Shown here one piece after another: positions 55,501 through 59,622 of a stretch of DNA of 60,053 bases. The stretch covers positions 1-60,053 of the forward strand of contig JBFMEZ010000021.1 of NCBI GenBank assembly GCA_040753215.1. The letters are read 5' to 3'. The notes below the pieces were generated by a model, which was not told the origin of the DNA, made no database searches, and saw nothing but the letters and a program-made list of their open reading frames with translations. Position 1 is the first letter of the stretch; every line of letters starts with the position of its first letter. Both the position numbers and the translations under genes were made by a program. This DNA is from Candidatus Micrarchaeota archaeon (lineage in GTDB: Archaea; Micrarchaeota; Micrarchaeia; Anstonellales; Bilamarchaeaceae).

Positions 55501-57185
55501 AGCACGAACACGGCGCTCGTGTCCTGGTAAGTGCCCGAGAAGGGGCCGAGGGTGGCCTTGAGATTCCATGCGATGGGATAGGTGGTGTTCGAGTACCATA
55601 TGTCCAGGTAGTCCCCGCCGCCGGAGTACGGGTGTATCCACACCGTTACGTTCACGGTGTCCAGTGGCCGGAAGAAGGAGTTGTTTAGGTCGGTTATGGT
55701 GATGTTCTCCGCGTGCTCATCGGTCCCGTATGCCCCGCTTGTCCCGTCCGTGCACGTGTCTATGGTGTTCGGCTGGTTCGGCTCCTGCGTGCCTGTTATG
55801 CTGTCCCTGGACCGGAGGAGGTCCGAGCCGGCAATGCAGGGGGAATCTGCGGTGAAGCAGACGGGTGCGCCAAGCGAGGGGCTGTACTCCACATACGCAG
55901 GGTCCGCTGGCGTGATGTTGAGGTAATAATATTCGCCGGGCGTTATGTCCATTATCTTCACCCAGCCGCCCGTGCAGGTGCTTGCGTCGAAAACCCAGTC
56001 CCTGCACTTGTACAGTTCGGTCCCGCGCGCCATCACCTTCAGCGTCGCAGTGGTGAAGTTGAGGGCGGTTGGGTCTATCGCATACGCCTTCTTCGCATAA
56101 ATGCCGAAAGGCGTAACGGAAGAATCCAGGCTCTCCACCCTGAGGAACGGGTTCCCGTCGGGGGGGAGGCGCAGGTCTTCAAAAACAATCTCTTCCACGG
56201 GCGGGAGGAGTGGCGACGGGTTTTCCCTGCTCACGGCTGCTGCGTTGCGCACGAAAGACACCCTGTAAAGGCCGGGCGGGATGGCGCCGGTGCCCGCCTG
56301 CCTCACGCCCGCGGAAACCCCGCGGCCGCGGGAGTCTGATATGTTTATGCTGGTCTCGTATACTTCACCCCGCGAGTTTATCATTGCGAGGGTGCCGTTT
56401 GCCAGCCCAGGGGGGACCGGGCGGCCGGAGGCGTTCTCCCCGTATGCAGGGTCTCCGGGTGAGATGGTGATTGTGTAGGCTGCGCCGGGGTTTATGCTCC
56501 TCTGGAAAGCCCACCCGCCATTGCAGGTGCGTGAGGCGAAGTCCCAGCCCGCGCATTTGTAGAGGGAATCGCCCACCGCGGTAATTGTTGCGGTTGCGGA
56601 ATCTATCCCCGAGGGGTTTATCGCATACGCCTGGATGAAGCCGGGGTAGGAAAAGGAATCCAGCCCGATGGCCGCGCCTTCCTGCCAGCCGGTGACCCTC
56701 ATTTGCGAGACAGGGACGCCGGACAGGCGTATCGTCGCTGCGCCGCCCGCGACTTCCGCCTCATACCTGAAATCCTGCACAGGGGACGTCACCGTGATCG
56801 AGGCAGGGGCCTGGAAAAGGGACTCGATTGGCACGATTACGGATTCGGCTGCCTGCGGCCCGTTCCCGGCTCCAGGATTCCCGGCAACCTGCGCCGGCAT
56901 GCCGGAAGCCGGAAACTGGAGGCTGGAAACCGGCTGGGAAGGCATATATGTGCCGTTGCCGGCGATGGATTCTATTGGGACGAGGCCGTTCTGCGAATCG
57001 TTCACGAAGATTTCTATGTTCACCAGCCCGCCCTGGAGCGATGTGTGGTTGCCGTTTCCAAAAAGCGGGGAAAGGTCCGAAACCTGCTCCGAGAGGAAAA
57101 AGAAGAGGGGGGAGACGAAAGCCGCGAGCGAGCTGATGGACAGGGCTAGCAGTAGAACTGGGTAATTGAATGACCCCCTTTTCAT
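34554..57185 (-). CDS. Giant (~7,543 aa) secreted surface protein: NosD/CASH-type parallel beta-helix arrays, three beta-propellers, repeated linker domains
   Basis: Uninterrupted ORF. Start set at MKRGSF before a hydrophobic signal and after a TTTTTAAA box. It has well over a hundred GFYL.SS.NN.LTNNTAYNN coils, and YAVAVD..NNYVVAG...W.V.K...G..LW blades. Confidence 0.92.
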   Translation of the reverse strand: MKRGSFNYPVLLLALSISSLAAFVSPLFFFLSEQVSDLSPLFGNGNHTSLQGGLVNIEIFVNDSQNGLVPIESIAGNGTYMPSQPVSSLQFPASGMPAQVAGNPGAGNGPQAAESVIVPIESLFQAPASITVTSPVQDFRYEAEVAGGAATIRLSGVPVSQMRVTGWQEGAAIGLDSFSYPGFIQAYAINPSGIDSATATITAVGDSLYKCAGWDFASRTCNGGWAFQRSINPGAAYTITISPGDPAYGENASGRPVPPGLANGTLAMINSRGEVYETSINISDSRGRGVSAGVRQAGTGAIPPGLYRVSFVRNAAAVSRENPSPLLPPVEEIVFEDLRLPPDGNPFLRVESLDSSVTPFGIYAKKAYAIDPTALNFTTATLKVMARGTELYKCRDWVFDASTCTGGWVKIMDITPGEYYYLNITPADPAYVEYSPSLGAPVCFTADSPCIAGSDLLRSRDSITGTQEPNQPNTIDTCTDGTSGAYGTDEHAENITITDLNNSFFRPLDTVNVTVWIHPYSGGGDYLDIWYSNTTYPIAWNLKATLGPFSGTYQDTSAVFVLDNVAGQHAVRGNFRLGGANTSNCTTSGYDDRDDVAFQVTSGDVASCQLITSPGSYRLANNVQGNTSYSGYSFCIGIASSNVNFDCAGYNVTGNITATAYGVLVKTDTIQNVTVINCRVSNYTYGFSVDYTSGYNRFYNNYAFNNTYGFYINLSSNDTLANNIALNNSQHGFYMQNSPSTILRNNTAGFNVQRGFYLYSSNYSNLTGNTAYRGTYGFYADSTTSPYLSYNLAHNNSNNGFDFESSNSMELIYNNATRNSNYGFYIFSGSGHRVHNNTAWDNNGTNSDGFALSSPSDMVFMDNTAYLNKRYGVAFFYSSSNNTIANNFAYNNSQREFALVGTSGARLNRYNVSSNRGWNDTQYGFYLDYVENSTFTNNTAYLNTFYGFYVSNSRWNLFTRNNLSNSTSTASGYGFYVVDSDYNNFTSNSVYWNGQMGFYIFNGADYNIVENNTIYILAAGGYGITAGSLSTNTNITGNYVSSASGSNRNAIDVYGTNTIARNNIANRTGRCYTAGGTTVSLINNTGANCNEVGIYIIAANAQIINNTITNTTNTGLSMGGSYSGETITGNNISIGGSRCYVLNTVSSTIRDNYAFNCTSDCYLLQYGSNNITNITGELCTGSGIWVDNFASNNVIANSTMSRASSGFRIGSSSRNNYTNVVAYNNTNYGFYFSSGSASNNSLVNATSYGNSRGFYADSGYDNSVINGSAYNNSQYGFHFTSGGASINATNMHAFNNTVAELYIAVNGAAPALKVFFKNLTIDSPAANFTNYTAIDLIQSVNGNFAYSVKWVSNNSALPPDASRSFAQKFINITTATGTPSIDQANFTWLDSELSGYQEGRFQLWKYNASGWALQNGSPDTTNNILSIGSFSPGSTYGILQPPCVNLSDPTTYDGRVVNVSGTFYINSNATICTGTYSVNVAYGDAALYMNRSNIWLNCDGAVIDGVDDDGYGIYLNYKENDTVENCTARNYEVGLYATNSSRYGRFAHNAFYSNSMAGMTADSASNNNTFLNNTAYNNIEAGIYHNSAHGGVFTNNTLYSNGGYGISTSTSQNGTFSGNRAYNNTLSGFDLATNSNYNSLTGNYAYNNTQAGFRIASSGNNTISGSLSYNNTWNGFLLYFSAAQNNLTSNTAYNNSAGFNISSSSSGNRITNSNAYNNTVGFYLGAASTYNTLLNNSATDSVGSTVASGFWADASSSNNLTNNSAYDVRRGFMLTYAAENNTLLNNSAYNISLQPFYIYQASRNTLTNNTAYDALSASSYGFYVYSSNYTTLAGNTARNASGGFLLIGWSWQGTLSGNTAYNTSGIGFALEENASYNNLTGNTAYNNSQYGFRVLYPDSTNNLFTNNTAYRNSYDGFYTGETSLITFANNSAYNNSQSGFKLYITENSTVANNSAFNNSFYGFNVDSSKRNNLTGNAAYINALSGFRVYLSNYTLLANSSAYNNSQSGFTFDSAGNSTAINLSAYNNSAYGVFLENSNSNNLTGISIYMNTQYGVYMKNTAGRNVFNNSVVRNQSYYIFQEAAASAQNNFTNLTLGYNSSIGLVNYPLLNVTDINLWTNEASPGSGTVILRDYWVSLNDSAAVQANRSANITIYTDDCSAPVRKKAGFPVSLNDILANGTEYPTSKSCSAGVATFNVSSFSGYAASFYATPFDNCTAIGSPGSYRLSANLEGAPVSIPSFGSACIWIYSSDVSLSCAGYSITNNGTAGNVYGIFLNSTVARVNITNCPSISQYDYGIYVYQANDSDFINVTLHNNTLNGMYMSSANYNTFTNATSYNNTNAGFALYAGSNYNNFTRSVAFNNSGYGWLFSSSGYNILLNNSAYDNVYVGFYVYSASDQNQLINNTAYSASNSGTGFLVDVYSNYNNLTGNTAWNNTFGFYVNRSANYTTLRGNYAYNNTQEGFYVFNSNFSSLIGNNATDNQEYGFFFQNAVYNTIANNTAMNNSASNFYVYAIIRTGYNSIINNTASRGVRGFKLYGVDLSNVTNNTAFNTTYGFDINPVNFTIFRDNVAYNDTYGFLSSNSPDNVFTNNTAHHNTYEGFYVYSSSHRTNLTNNTAYNNSFGFRLDYSMNLTLSGNTAYNSSYSGIALRHSNGTSLLGNTAYNNSPLGFEINYSNGTTIANNIAYNNSDNGFQLYYSDAATMTNNSAYENLNDGFQLFNSGYATISSSRAYRNARFGISSYYVDGNNMSHNTAYNNTDGGFYIFSQYNYLLNNSAYNNSGYGFRLLNPFNNLTNNSAYGNNLGGFYLVSTAYNNSLTNNSAYNNSQSGFYILGSRNNSLANNTAYNNSYGFHLYLAHQNDLDGNNAYYNFRGFVINDTNISTGTGNTAHDNTEFGFYLTSTAASNYFTNTLVYSQTDFLRQEATATAPNNFTYLAIGKKQNAGVINFSFLNITDLQLKNATTVILYEYWVSLNDSAAPQANKSAKITVYSESCLYMIYRKAGFPDSRGDIQLNGTIYTPVPGSRSCTPGSPATLKFGVTGFSGYTSGNNFTGCINLSEAGAYSPYITDYYGQYEIISNVTLCPGDYYINSTMNLFRFASDNLFLDCNGSNITGNRLAGAFHIPTNSTIVRNCTLNGFGQAFKIHASKAEIQANWSRNISNSGTDSAYAVAADRVNNYVIVGSMYNSTSTTTEWAVFQYGQEGAHLDNWTGSLGGGAGSSEEAYDVAVDNSNAYVVVGEVLDPGLPATSEFGLRKFYASPFTLLNTYTWKNANGQNELRAAAVDAYNYYVVAGTYQTFAPTLWHAYLAKTTSSASIVWDFNGSSSNVSVLYDVAVDGLNDYIAVGVEETSTGNNDWVLYKFNSSGTQLWNATYDFGYATESAVAVTVDLEGNYIVLGYSGYSFGSGTAYIWRVMKLSPDGTQQWVKNYAFGGSDERPGDISVDARNRYIAAGSIDTKFGFLLLNSDGDQLSNVTINLTSGTDTIRGMLVDSTDSLVAVGDNTSSGDWHFLKMGRNYSKVSSGFLGYNTMNYISRYLDAAYVAESTANDTLMNFSSEGAPYRYSPYINVRNATQSDNIRFSNVTLASVDGSIWYGTLDLNNSNTWNNLFIKSNNITVLSENIGNYNRSATLDFFELFYASTPQLFGVRNSAYCPASICSGQVQTQVSATSYNFRMNVTKFTEYSTENAADCVNLSDESTFGAKISTRTIPYWVATNVTLCRDTYYINTTRPLLITEYGSDTDPGYGGRWLDCNGSTIIGNSIGEFYLNTRQGNRLLNCIITDWRDGIRSITSVETYSQDWNGTYYPPATYDKGVLTAADVDEYDRVVSAGYAWNSTSSRNAWYVLKTNASGAHLWNKTFTFFSGDPGYANALRGVAVDAGNNYIVAGRRANAAGSTQWDRVIMKIDENGTELWNVSYTTSPNETYVDVVVDGNGYYIASGYNDTNVGGNPEIRGVVERYSPSGSLQWLRVISFDSGDVTNRTYVQDSDVDGEGYSLHYGKSYEKVVGYDCYLRKYNTSGDTEWTVASMAGADTARTCPAMAVDLKNNYIVVNYRTGTAALNVLKYDFDGTSVWSTSFTWPSSLAGEEAAVEVDSQNNYIIIFNDASSNERILKIDENGNQVWNITYVSGDGGSTGTAYDIAINKHDDYIFAGMELVSGSERPHLYQFGQGFNKTILKLYNHTINNVSRNLDYHRPSSSTGLNISINFLGESPYVYSEVSETGNRQNNLSFDNSEGRIRYPEINLTNSLTYTNMYILNNLIGVRSENIGDYNKTAELLFRNLPAYLISDAPFPMRDNADCGSYCYNRTPNAIARTYLMNVTSFTNYSLNYSCINLTAFEAANGTYPITLTEDAALCRDTYYVNAVTPTFVMRDNDVGLDCNASTVIGNKLNEFLLSNYNGTVLENCSIYYYRDAVRFLNGDPAALDYEYNITYNWSTRPDYLYDSMVDAFGDYVFVGYYNTSGASPPEVGWKIMKVLSNVTTGGTFLETEWTAEFNFSSNHSEAYSVVSDADNNYVIVGRTMMESGDSNVTILKLNSSGSHLWNRTFDWSGKNDAAFDIAVDTDNNYVIAGQSQDAGGDYDVMTAKVSSSGSMLWNYTFGGVTDDLFASVAVDGHNDYVFAGYANGAAEWIIYKLDENGNLLAYNSIDWGSATEVAMSVAVDQEGYYAVAGYAKGDIANSEFKVAKLDPDTLAQVWNWTDAPSAQNQLYDIAIDAENNYFVAGANWSTDATWKLYALSPSGAVLQNRTLALPSASTLQRPYTVSVDPTDDVIWAGVRYYTGSTSIDWYVVKLNRTSYFNITQDRLYNITTYGDYRNYHFIHVNNSNWYYLTIGLSTVTQSPYIYSYEPAGFFSNGTTIRIYNDYIKYNYSEILFNRSTTYRNMFLESNLATVKSERVPDYNRSATIEFYGLPYFSSPIALRNGAACSASICTTPTSYFTGSTYNYFVNVTQFTNYSIYDAGPCVNISNPLTWQDYIVNKSGVLHVNRNTTLCRDTYYLGNYTGVSQVFEMNSTGIWLNCNESVIDGVDRDGWGIYATNKEYDTIENCTFRNYLYGFYILSSNYTRIAQDAAYNNSDTAFGFSYSNYSTVLNSTAYNNTNYGFVFIYSVSGAVDNSTAYGNTYGFSTQLSSTSNNFTNNTAYNNTNYGFALSSANSNRLENNTAYNNTQYGFYIYQSNYNILFNNSALDTVVGSGFYLESSIGTNVSYSTASGNAVYGFGLYLSNSSSVHNNTAFDGTDGFYLGSASSGNSLSDNTGRNNTDYGFFVYDTGNNTLRNNLAYNNSKDGFHIYWYAINNTLINNSAYENVESGFVVRIVSSQNNLTGNTARNNLQYGFSILTANNNTLHNNSAYLNTLDGIYLSGSHNNTITENIPRNNSRDGIRLDGSSENSMRNNTAYGNTEIGFHLNLSSGNLLANNTAYNNEDGFYLRNSSNNSATANTAFSNGGLGLLAAYSSNSNNITGNTAYNNTYGIVVYISSNYNVLSNNTAYSNSVHGMGGVASSYNNFTNNTAYSNAQSGFYFETDTYGNLENNTAYNNSAHGFHLNNSANSNTLTGNSAYNNSQYGFYLQSSQYNSLINSTAYLNTQSGFQVYFSDNNNLTGTNASSNSVGSTTYDGVSIASSANTTLNNTLSYGSGRYGLGIGYSNNTRAYGTHVYNNTMDEVRMTAGGSAMLVNFTNLTVDNPFGNYSNYTTLHINDSVEPSTAYGIKWVANAYALPSGRISFREKFVNITNTTGTVSIDSIVWSWLDSELTGYEEAKFELWKYNTTWARINSTPDTSANSLGLTNMNPGSEYAILQNGNCMLVNASGTYTQGQDYSGAPYSASPLSDYACVKIAASNVLYDCGGYSITDDGTSASYTSYGVLLNGSLSNVTVRNCPGISNYTYGVYSYLSNGSTFGNMTVRNNTDSGIVLYYANHSTIINATAHNNSNYGFYIYGSSNNTLRNDSAYYNLDHGFLIRLSDANAIVSGTAYNNTNVGIAVESSLSNNITGNSAFNNTHGIVAYSGSNYTTMAYNSVYINALYGIATDRSAYNNLTNNTAYSNSQHGFYINNSNYSTLTDNTAYSNSQHGFYLQYSHYNSLTSSTAYLNTQNGFQVYLSNYNNLTGTNATRNTLTGISFASSANSTLNNTLAYGNAQYGIAAAYDGGHVFYDTHAFNNTLAELRVLTAGVTAFQLNFTNLTIDGPFGNYSNYTILQINDTVESGSSSEYTVKWVANAYALPSARFPFLEKFVNITNVTGTVSIDSIAWSWLDSEASGIYNETKFELWKYNTTWALLNYTPDTSANTLGLTNMNPGSEYAILQNNYTGCVNLSDPTTWQGNIVNDSGILRVNFNTTLCRDTYYMDTGFGNPLLYMNSSNIFLDCNESIIDGVDQTGNGIQVGCSGLCSVSIQNDTVGNCTIRNYAYGFTVYETGHTLRNNTAFNNSFDGFYLEGVTYGVLDRLLSRNNSGYGLYMSSASNNNITNSISYGNAVDGFSVQSNSNYNILLNNTAYDNLNHGFYVYLSFYGNLTNNTAYNNSASGIVLDTEASNPDNYHTLLNNSAFDNTQNGFYFIYSSRNTLANATAYMNGQYGFYLSGADNNTMSDSSSQNNSNNGVYLYFSADSNNFTSFVSRNNSGSGFLAEGSNSNLFVNSSAYNNTFGFRIIYDAYSLLASDGNRLFNSSAYNNSRYGIFLNSSNLTNATDTHLFGNGYDFYAESDAGRAVYLNNLTIDNPIGNFQNYTSLNITDTVDAGTAYTINWTANSSALPSGRVSFRQKFVNISAANGTVSIDTILWTWQDSETGGYTESLLELWKYNSTGWTRMNSTPDTSANSLGLTNMNPASDYGILQVNDTCPVITASGAYTQLANLRGAPNDGSPTTLQYVCVKIAASNVLWDCNGYNITDNGTSATYSTGGILLNGSLNNVTVRNCPGVNNYTQGMQIYYSQNVSVYNSTFHNNTYAGLYLAAANRTNMTSLLAYGNGQAGIYINQDSGNNTIANSISRDNTDGVYLLGASDNNITNVTSYRNANDGILLGSSHRNRITNCTAYGNTNNGLRLDQSQYNVVADCRAENNTGYGFYLSTKASLPDLYNNLTNDYAFNSSAGFYITAGSNKVVNGTAHLNTGFGFSLGGSGFLYNAIENSSSYDNGNSGFYISSTSYHNLTNATARNNTNDGFSLYEASNITIRNSRAYNNTNAGFLLDDLFGSASNENTIHNSTARNNTNYGFYLSDTTLNNITNNSAHSNAYGMYVDPSYNNSIIQNSILNNSLDGLRLDNSHNNTIRNNTIYNNTRYGLFLNGSTQNNITANNITRNLGDGVNFLAGSGSNSLTSNYVCFNTLLDINNSNSSNAGSLDRCDDWYNWSENGHFGCTKTCSEIWHVFYGNVSGWLVLAQSNTSGWVYGWEWNGTGNVYVVNADESVNWTGLQALGKNTTGGNSTDDFEELDTLLGYSAAQYSNDNVNYTFSSDGSNPKEVATFRVYGNYIQNVPVANSTNNTVHRTGILWDTSNITGQFNTTNNPAVIFMTNITQDISGRYADTLDYEIRVPGTLDTYKGTSGLVYFYLELR
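56862..56940. repeat. Degenerate heptamer repeats in the N-terminal linker of the giant protein
   Basis: gccggaa gccggaa actggag gctggaa accggct (56901-56935), preceded by oppositely oriented units. Confidence 0.6.
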
Positions 57186-57199
57186 CGCGCAGATATGGG

Positions 57200-57320
57200 A
57201 GATTAGGTTTAAAAAGAGATTTGCGCCCTCCGAACGCGCGCGGGCGCGTAGAGTTCTGCATATGCGTTCTGTGGCAGTACGGAAAATATTGCGAACAGGG
57301 GGCATATTTATAAACATTAT
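57200..57320. promoter_or_regulatory. Divergent promoter region
   Basis: TTTAAAAA at 57208-57215 (TATA for the minus-strand giant gene) and TTTATAAA at 57307-57314 (TATA for the plus-strand array, about 24 nt before the ATG). Confidence 0.6.
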
Positions 57321-57337
57321 CAACCATATATAGTAAC

Positions 57338-58489
57338 ATGGACGGCGGAAAAAAGGGGGCTGCACAGCAGTTGGTTGCAACAGATGGTGCAGCGGACGGG
57401 CTTCCCGCAGTGCGCAGGGCAGGAACCGCCGCGGCGGAAGGCCATGCCGGAAAAAAGGCAAACTCTTTCTGGGCGAGGGCGCTGATGGTCGCGGGGCTAG
57501 CGCTAATTCCCGCGGGGAATGCGAAATGCATGGGGGAGAGCGCCCATCCTATTGTGGAAGAGGATGCGGATGCGCAGCAGGACGTGGACCCCGAGGCAGA
57601 TGCGGAAGCGCATGATGAGGATGCAGGGCCGGAAACGGATGTGCATGAGGAAGATGCGGATGCGCGGGAGGGGGATGCCGCCCCGGATGCTGATGTGGTA
57701 GAGGGAAGGGGCGAGGATGCGGGCGCTGATGGCGATTCCGATGTTGCGGACCCTGGGGCGGATGGGGAAGCTGTGGAAGAGGCGGATGCTGAAACACCTG
57801 GTGAGGATGCGGGCGATGCGGAGGCAGAAGCATCCTGCCCCGTGAGCGATACGGTCCTTGAATACCCGGAAGTGCCCGGGCCGATAGGCACAAGCGACCA
57901 GATAATTGTGGAGGAATACGGCCGCCGGGTTGAATGTGACGGGACGGAGGCCAGGACGCTGAACAGGGTTGATATTTCACTCACGCCTGCGGCTTCCCCG
58001 GAGCAGCTGGGCGATGCGGTAAGGCAGGGCTCGGATACCATAATTCCCGGGGGGACGGTGAGGCTCACGGCCGCGGGGCTGGACGGGATTGGATATGCGC
58101 GCAAGGTTCCCGGTGCGGAAGGCCGCGTCGGCATAAACGGGACCGTGAGCAACGGAATAGTTACGGGCAGGCTTATCGGATTTTACGAATCCGGGGGGAT
58201 TATTTACGCATCGCTGGGCACGGAGAGGCCCGGCTACACGGACCGCTATGCCGATGCGCCTGAGGGGGCATACGTAAATTCGCAGGGTACGGAGGGATGG
58301 GTCTTTATGGCGACCGCTTTTGACTACAACCCCGCGGACCCTGGGCTTAGCACATGCAGCCTTACCATGCTGGAGGCGCCGGTGAATGTGCCAAACGGAG
58401 GGGCGATAGCCCACGACGGCGGGACATTCAGGCTCGGGACCATCGCATCGGGTACAGACCTCGCCTCGGCGAGATTCAGGCGCGAGTGA
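57338..58489 (+). CDS. Membrane-anchored surface protein with acidic stalk, tandem copy 1
   Basis: Single hydrophobic segment FWARALMVAGLALIPAG followed by Cys, ~100-aa D/E/A/G linker, and a beta-rich head. Confidence 0.85.
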   Translation: MDGGKKGAAQQLVATDGAADGLPAVRRAGTAAAEGHAGKKANSFWARALMVAGLALIPAGNAKCMGESAHPIVEEDADAQQDVDPEADAEAHDEDAGPETDVHEEDADAREGDAAPDADVVEGRGEDAGADGDSDVADPGADGEAVEEADAETPGEDAGDAEAEASCPVSDTVLEYPEVPGPIGTSDQIIVEEYGRRVECDGTEARTLNRVDISLTPAASPEQLGDAVRQGSDTIIPGGTVRLTAAGLDGIGYARKVPGAEGRVGINGTVSNGIVTGRLIGFYESGGIIYASLGTERPGYTDRYADAPEGAYVNSQGTEGWVFMATAFDYNPADPGLSTCSLTMLEAPVNVPNGGAIAHDGGTFRLGTIASGTDLASARFRRE

Positions 58490-58493
58490 GAAA

Positions 58494-59618
58494 ATGGCAG
58501 ACTGCACATCCGGCGCAAAGATTCCCGGTAAAAATGCAGGGGCTGAAGCGCGCACCCGCGGAGGCCCGGACACTACAAGCGTGAGCCCTTCCGAAAAAAA
58601 GGCGGCTTCGTTCTGGGGAAAGGCCCTTATAGTCGCCGGCCTCGCACTGGTGCCGGCCGCAAAGGCAGCGTGCATGGGTGAAACTTCACGCCTTATGGCG
58701 GACGAAGATGCTGATGCGGACCCTGTGGCAGATGCAGAGGCGCAGGAAGAGGACGGGGCTTCTGATTCTGCGGACACGGAAAGGGAGGATGCGGGGACTG
58801 AGGCGCCTGATGCCGAGGCGGAAGCTGAAAATGATTCTGATGTCGTTGGGCCGGAAACGGATGGGGAAAGGGAGGACGGGGGCGCTCCGGACTCTGATGT
58901 CGGGCCGGAAGCGGATGCGGGCCCTGAAGCTGTGGAAGAGGCGGATGCTGAAACACCTGGTGAGGATGCGGGCGATGCTGAAGCCGAGGCCGCCTGCCCC
59001 GAGCACACGACTGTTTCCGAAGACATTCCTGCGCCCGGCCCGATAGGCGAGATTGGGCAGGCCATAACTGAAACCTACGAGCTCACAAGGGAATGCGACG
59101 GCACGGAAACGAGGGGGGCGCTCCTGGAGCTGGATATAGGGCTCGCGGCACCGGCTTCCCCGGAGCAGCTCGCAAATGCCATAAGGCAGGGCTCGGATAC
59201 TGTTATTTTCGGGGAGAGGGTGAGGCTCACGGCCGCGGGGCTGGGCGGGATTGAATATGCGCGCAAGGTTCCCGGTGCGGAAGGCCGGTTCCGCGCAGAG
59301 GAAAGAATCAGCGATGGAGTGCATGATGCCTTTCCGCACGATTTCATGGCAGGGTCGGTGATAATGAACGTCGCCGGAAGCTTTATTGAAGTGCCTGAAG
59401 GCGGCTATGCGGCGTTCCCGGACGGAAATGTGGTCCATATGACTTCGCTTGCATTTGACCCGATGGACCCGCTGGGCAGCACATGCTACCTTACCATACT
59501 GGAGGCGCCGGTGAATGTGCCGGACGGGGGAACCGTTGCGCATGATGGCGGGACGTTCAGGCTGGGGACCGTTGCATCTGGCGCGGACCTTGCCGCGGCG
59601 AGGTTCAGGCGCGAGTGA
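58494..59618 (+). CDS. Membrane-anchored surface protein with acidic stalk, tandem copy 2
   Basis: Paralog of copy 1 (shared PAASPEQL, RLTAAGL, YARKVPGAEGR, LEAPVNVP, ARFRRE). Confidence 0.85.
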   Translation: MADCTSGAKIPGKNAGAEARTRGGPDTTSVSPSEKKAASFWGKALIVAGLALVPAAKAACMGETSRLMADEDADADPVADAEAQEEDGASDSADTEREDAGTEAPDAEAEAENDSDVVGPETDGEREDGGAPDSDVGPEADAGPEAVEEADAETPGEDAGDAEAEAACPEHTTVSEDIPAPGPIGEIGQAITETYELTRECDGTETRGALLELDIGLAAPASPEQLANAIRQGSDTVIFGERVRLTAAGLGGIEYARKVPGAEGRFRAEERISDGVHDAFPHDFMAGSVIMNVAGSFIEVPEGGYAAFPDGNVVHMTSLAFDPMDPLGSTCYLTILEAPVNVPDGGTVAHDGGTFRLGTVASGADLAAARFRRE

Positions 59619-59622
59619 GAAA

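Noticed and set aside
34554..57185. AAC-rich repeats suggesting a diversity-generating retroelement template
   Set aside because: AAC richness reflects Asn-rich beta-helix coils. No reverse transcriptase and no adenine-only-mismatch TR/VR pair was seen.
57186..57461. 92-codon N-terminal extension of the giant ORF in the supplied track
   Set aside because: It overlaps the divergent gene and crosses both TATA boxes. MKRGSF at 57185 precedes the signal peptide.
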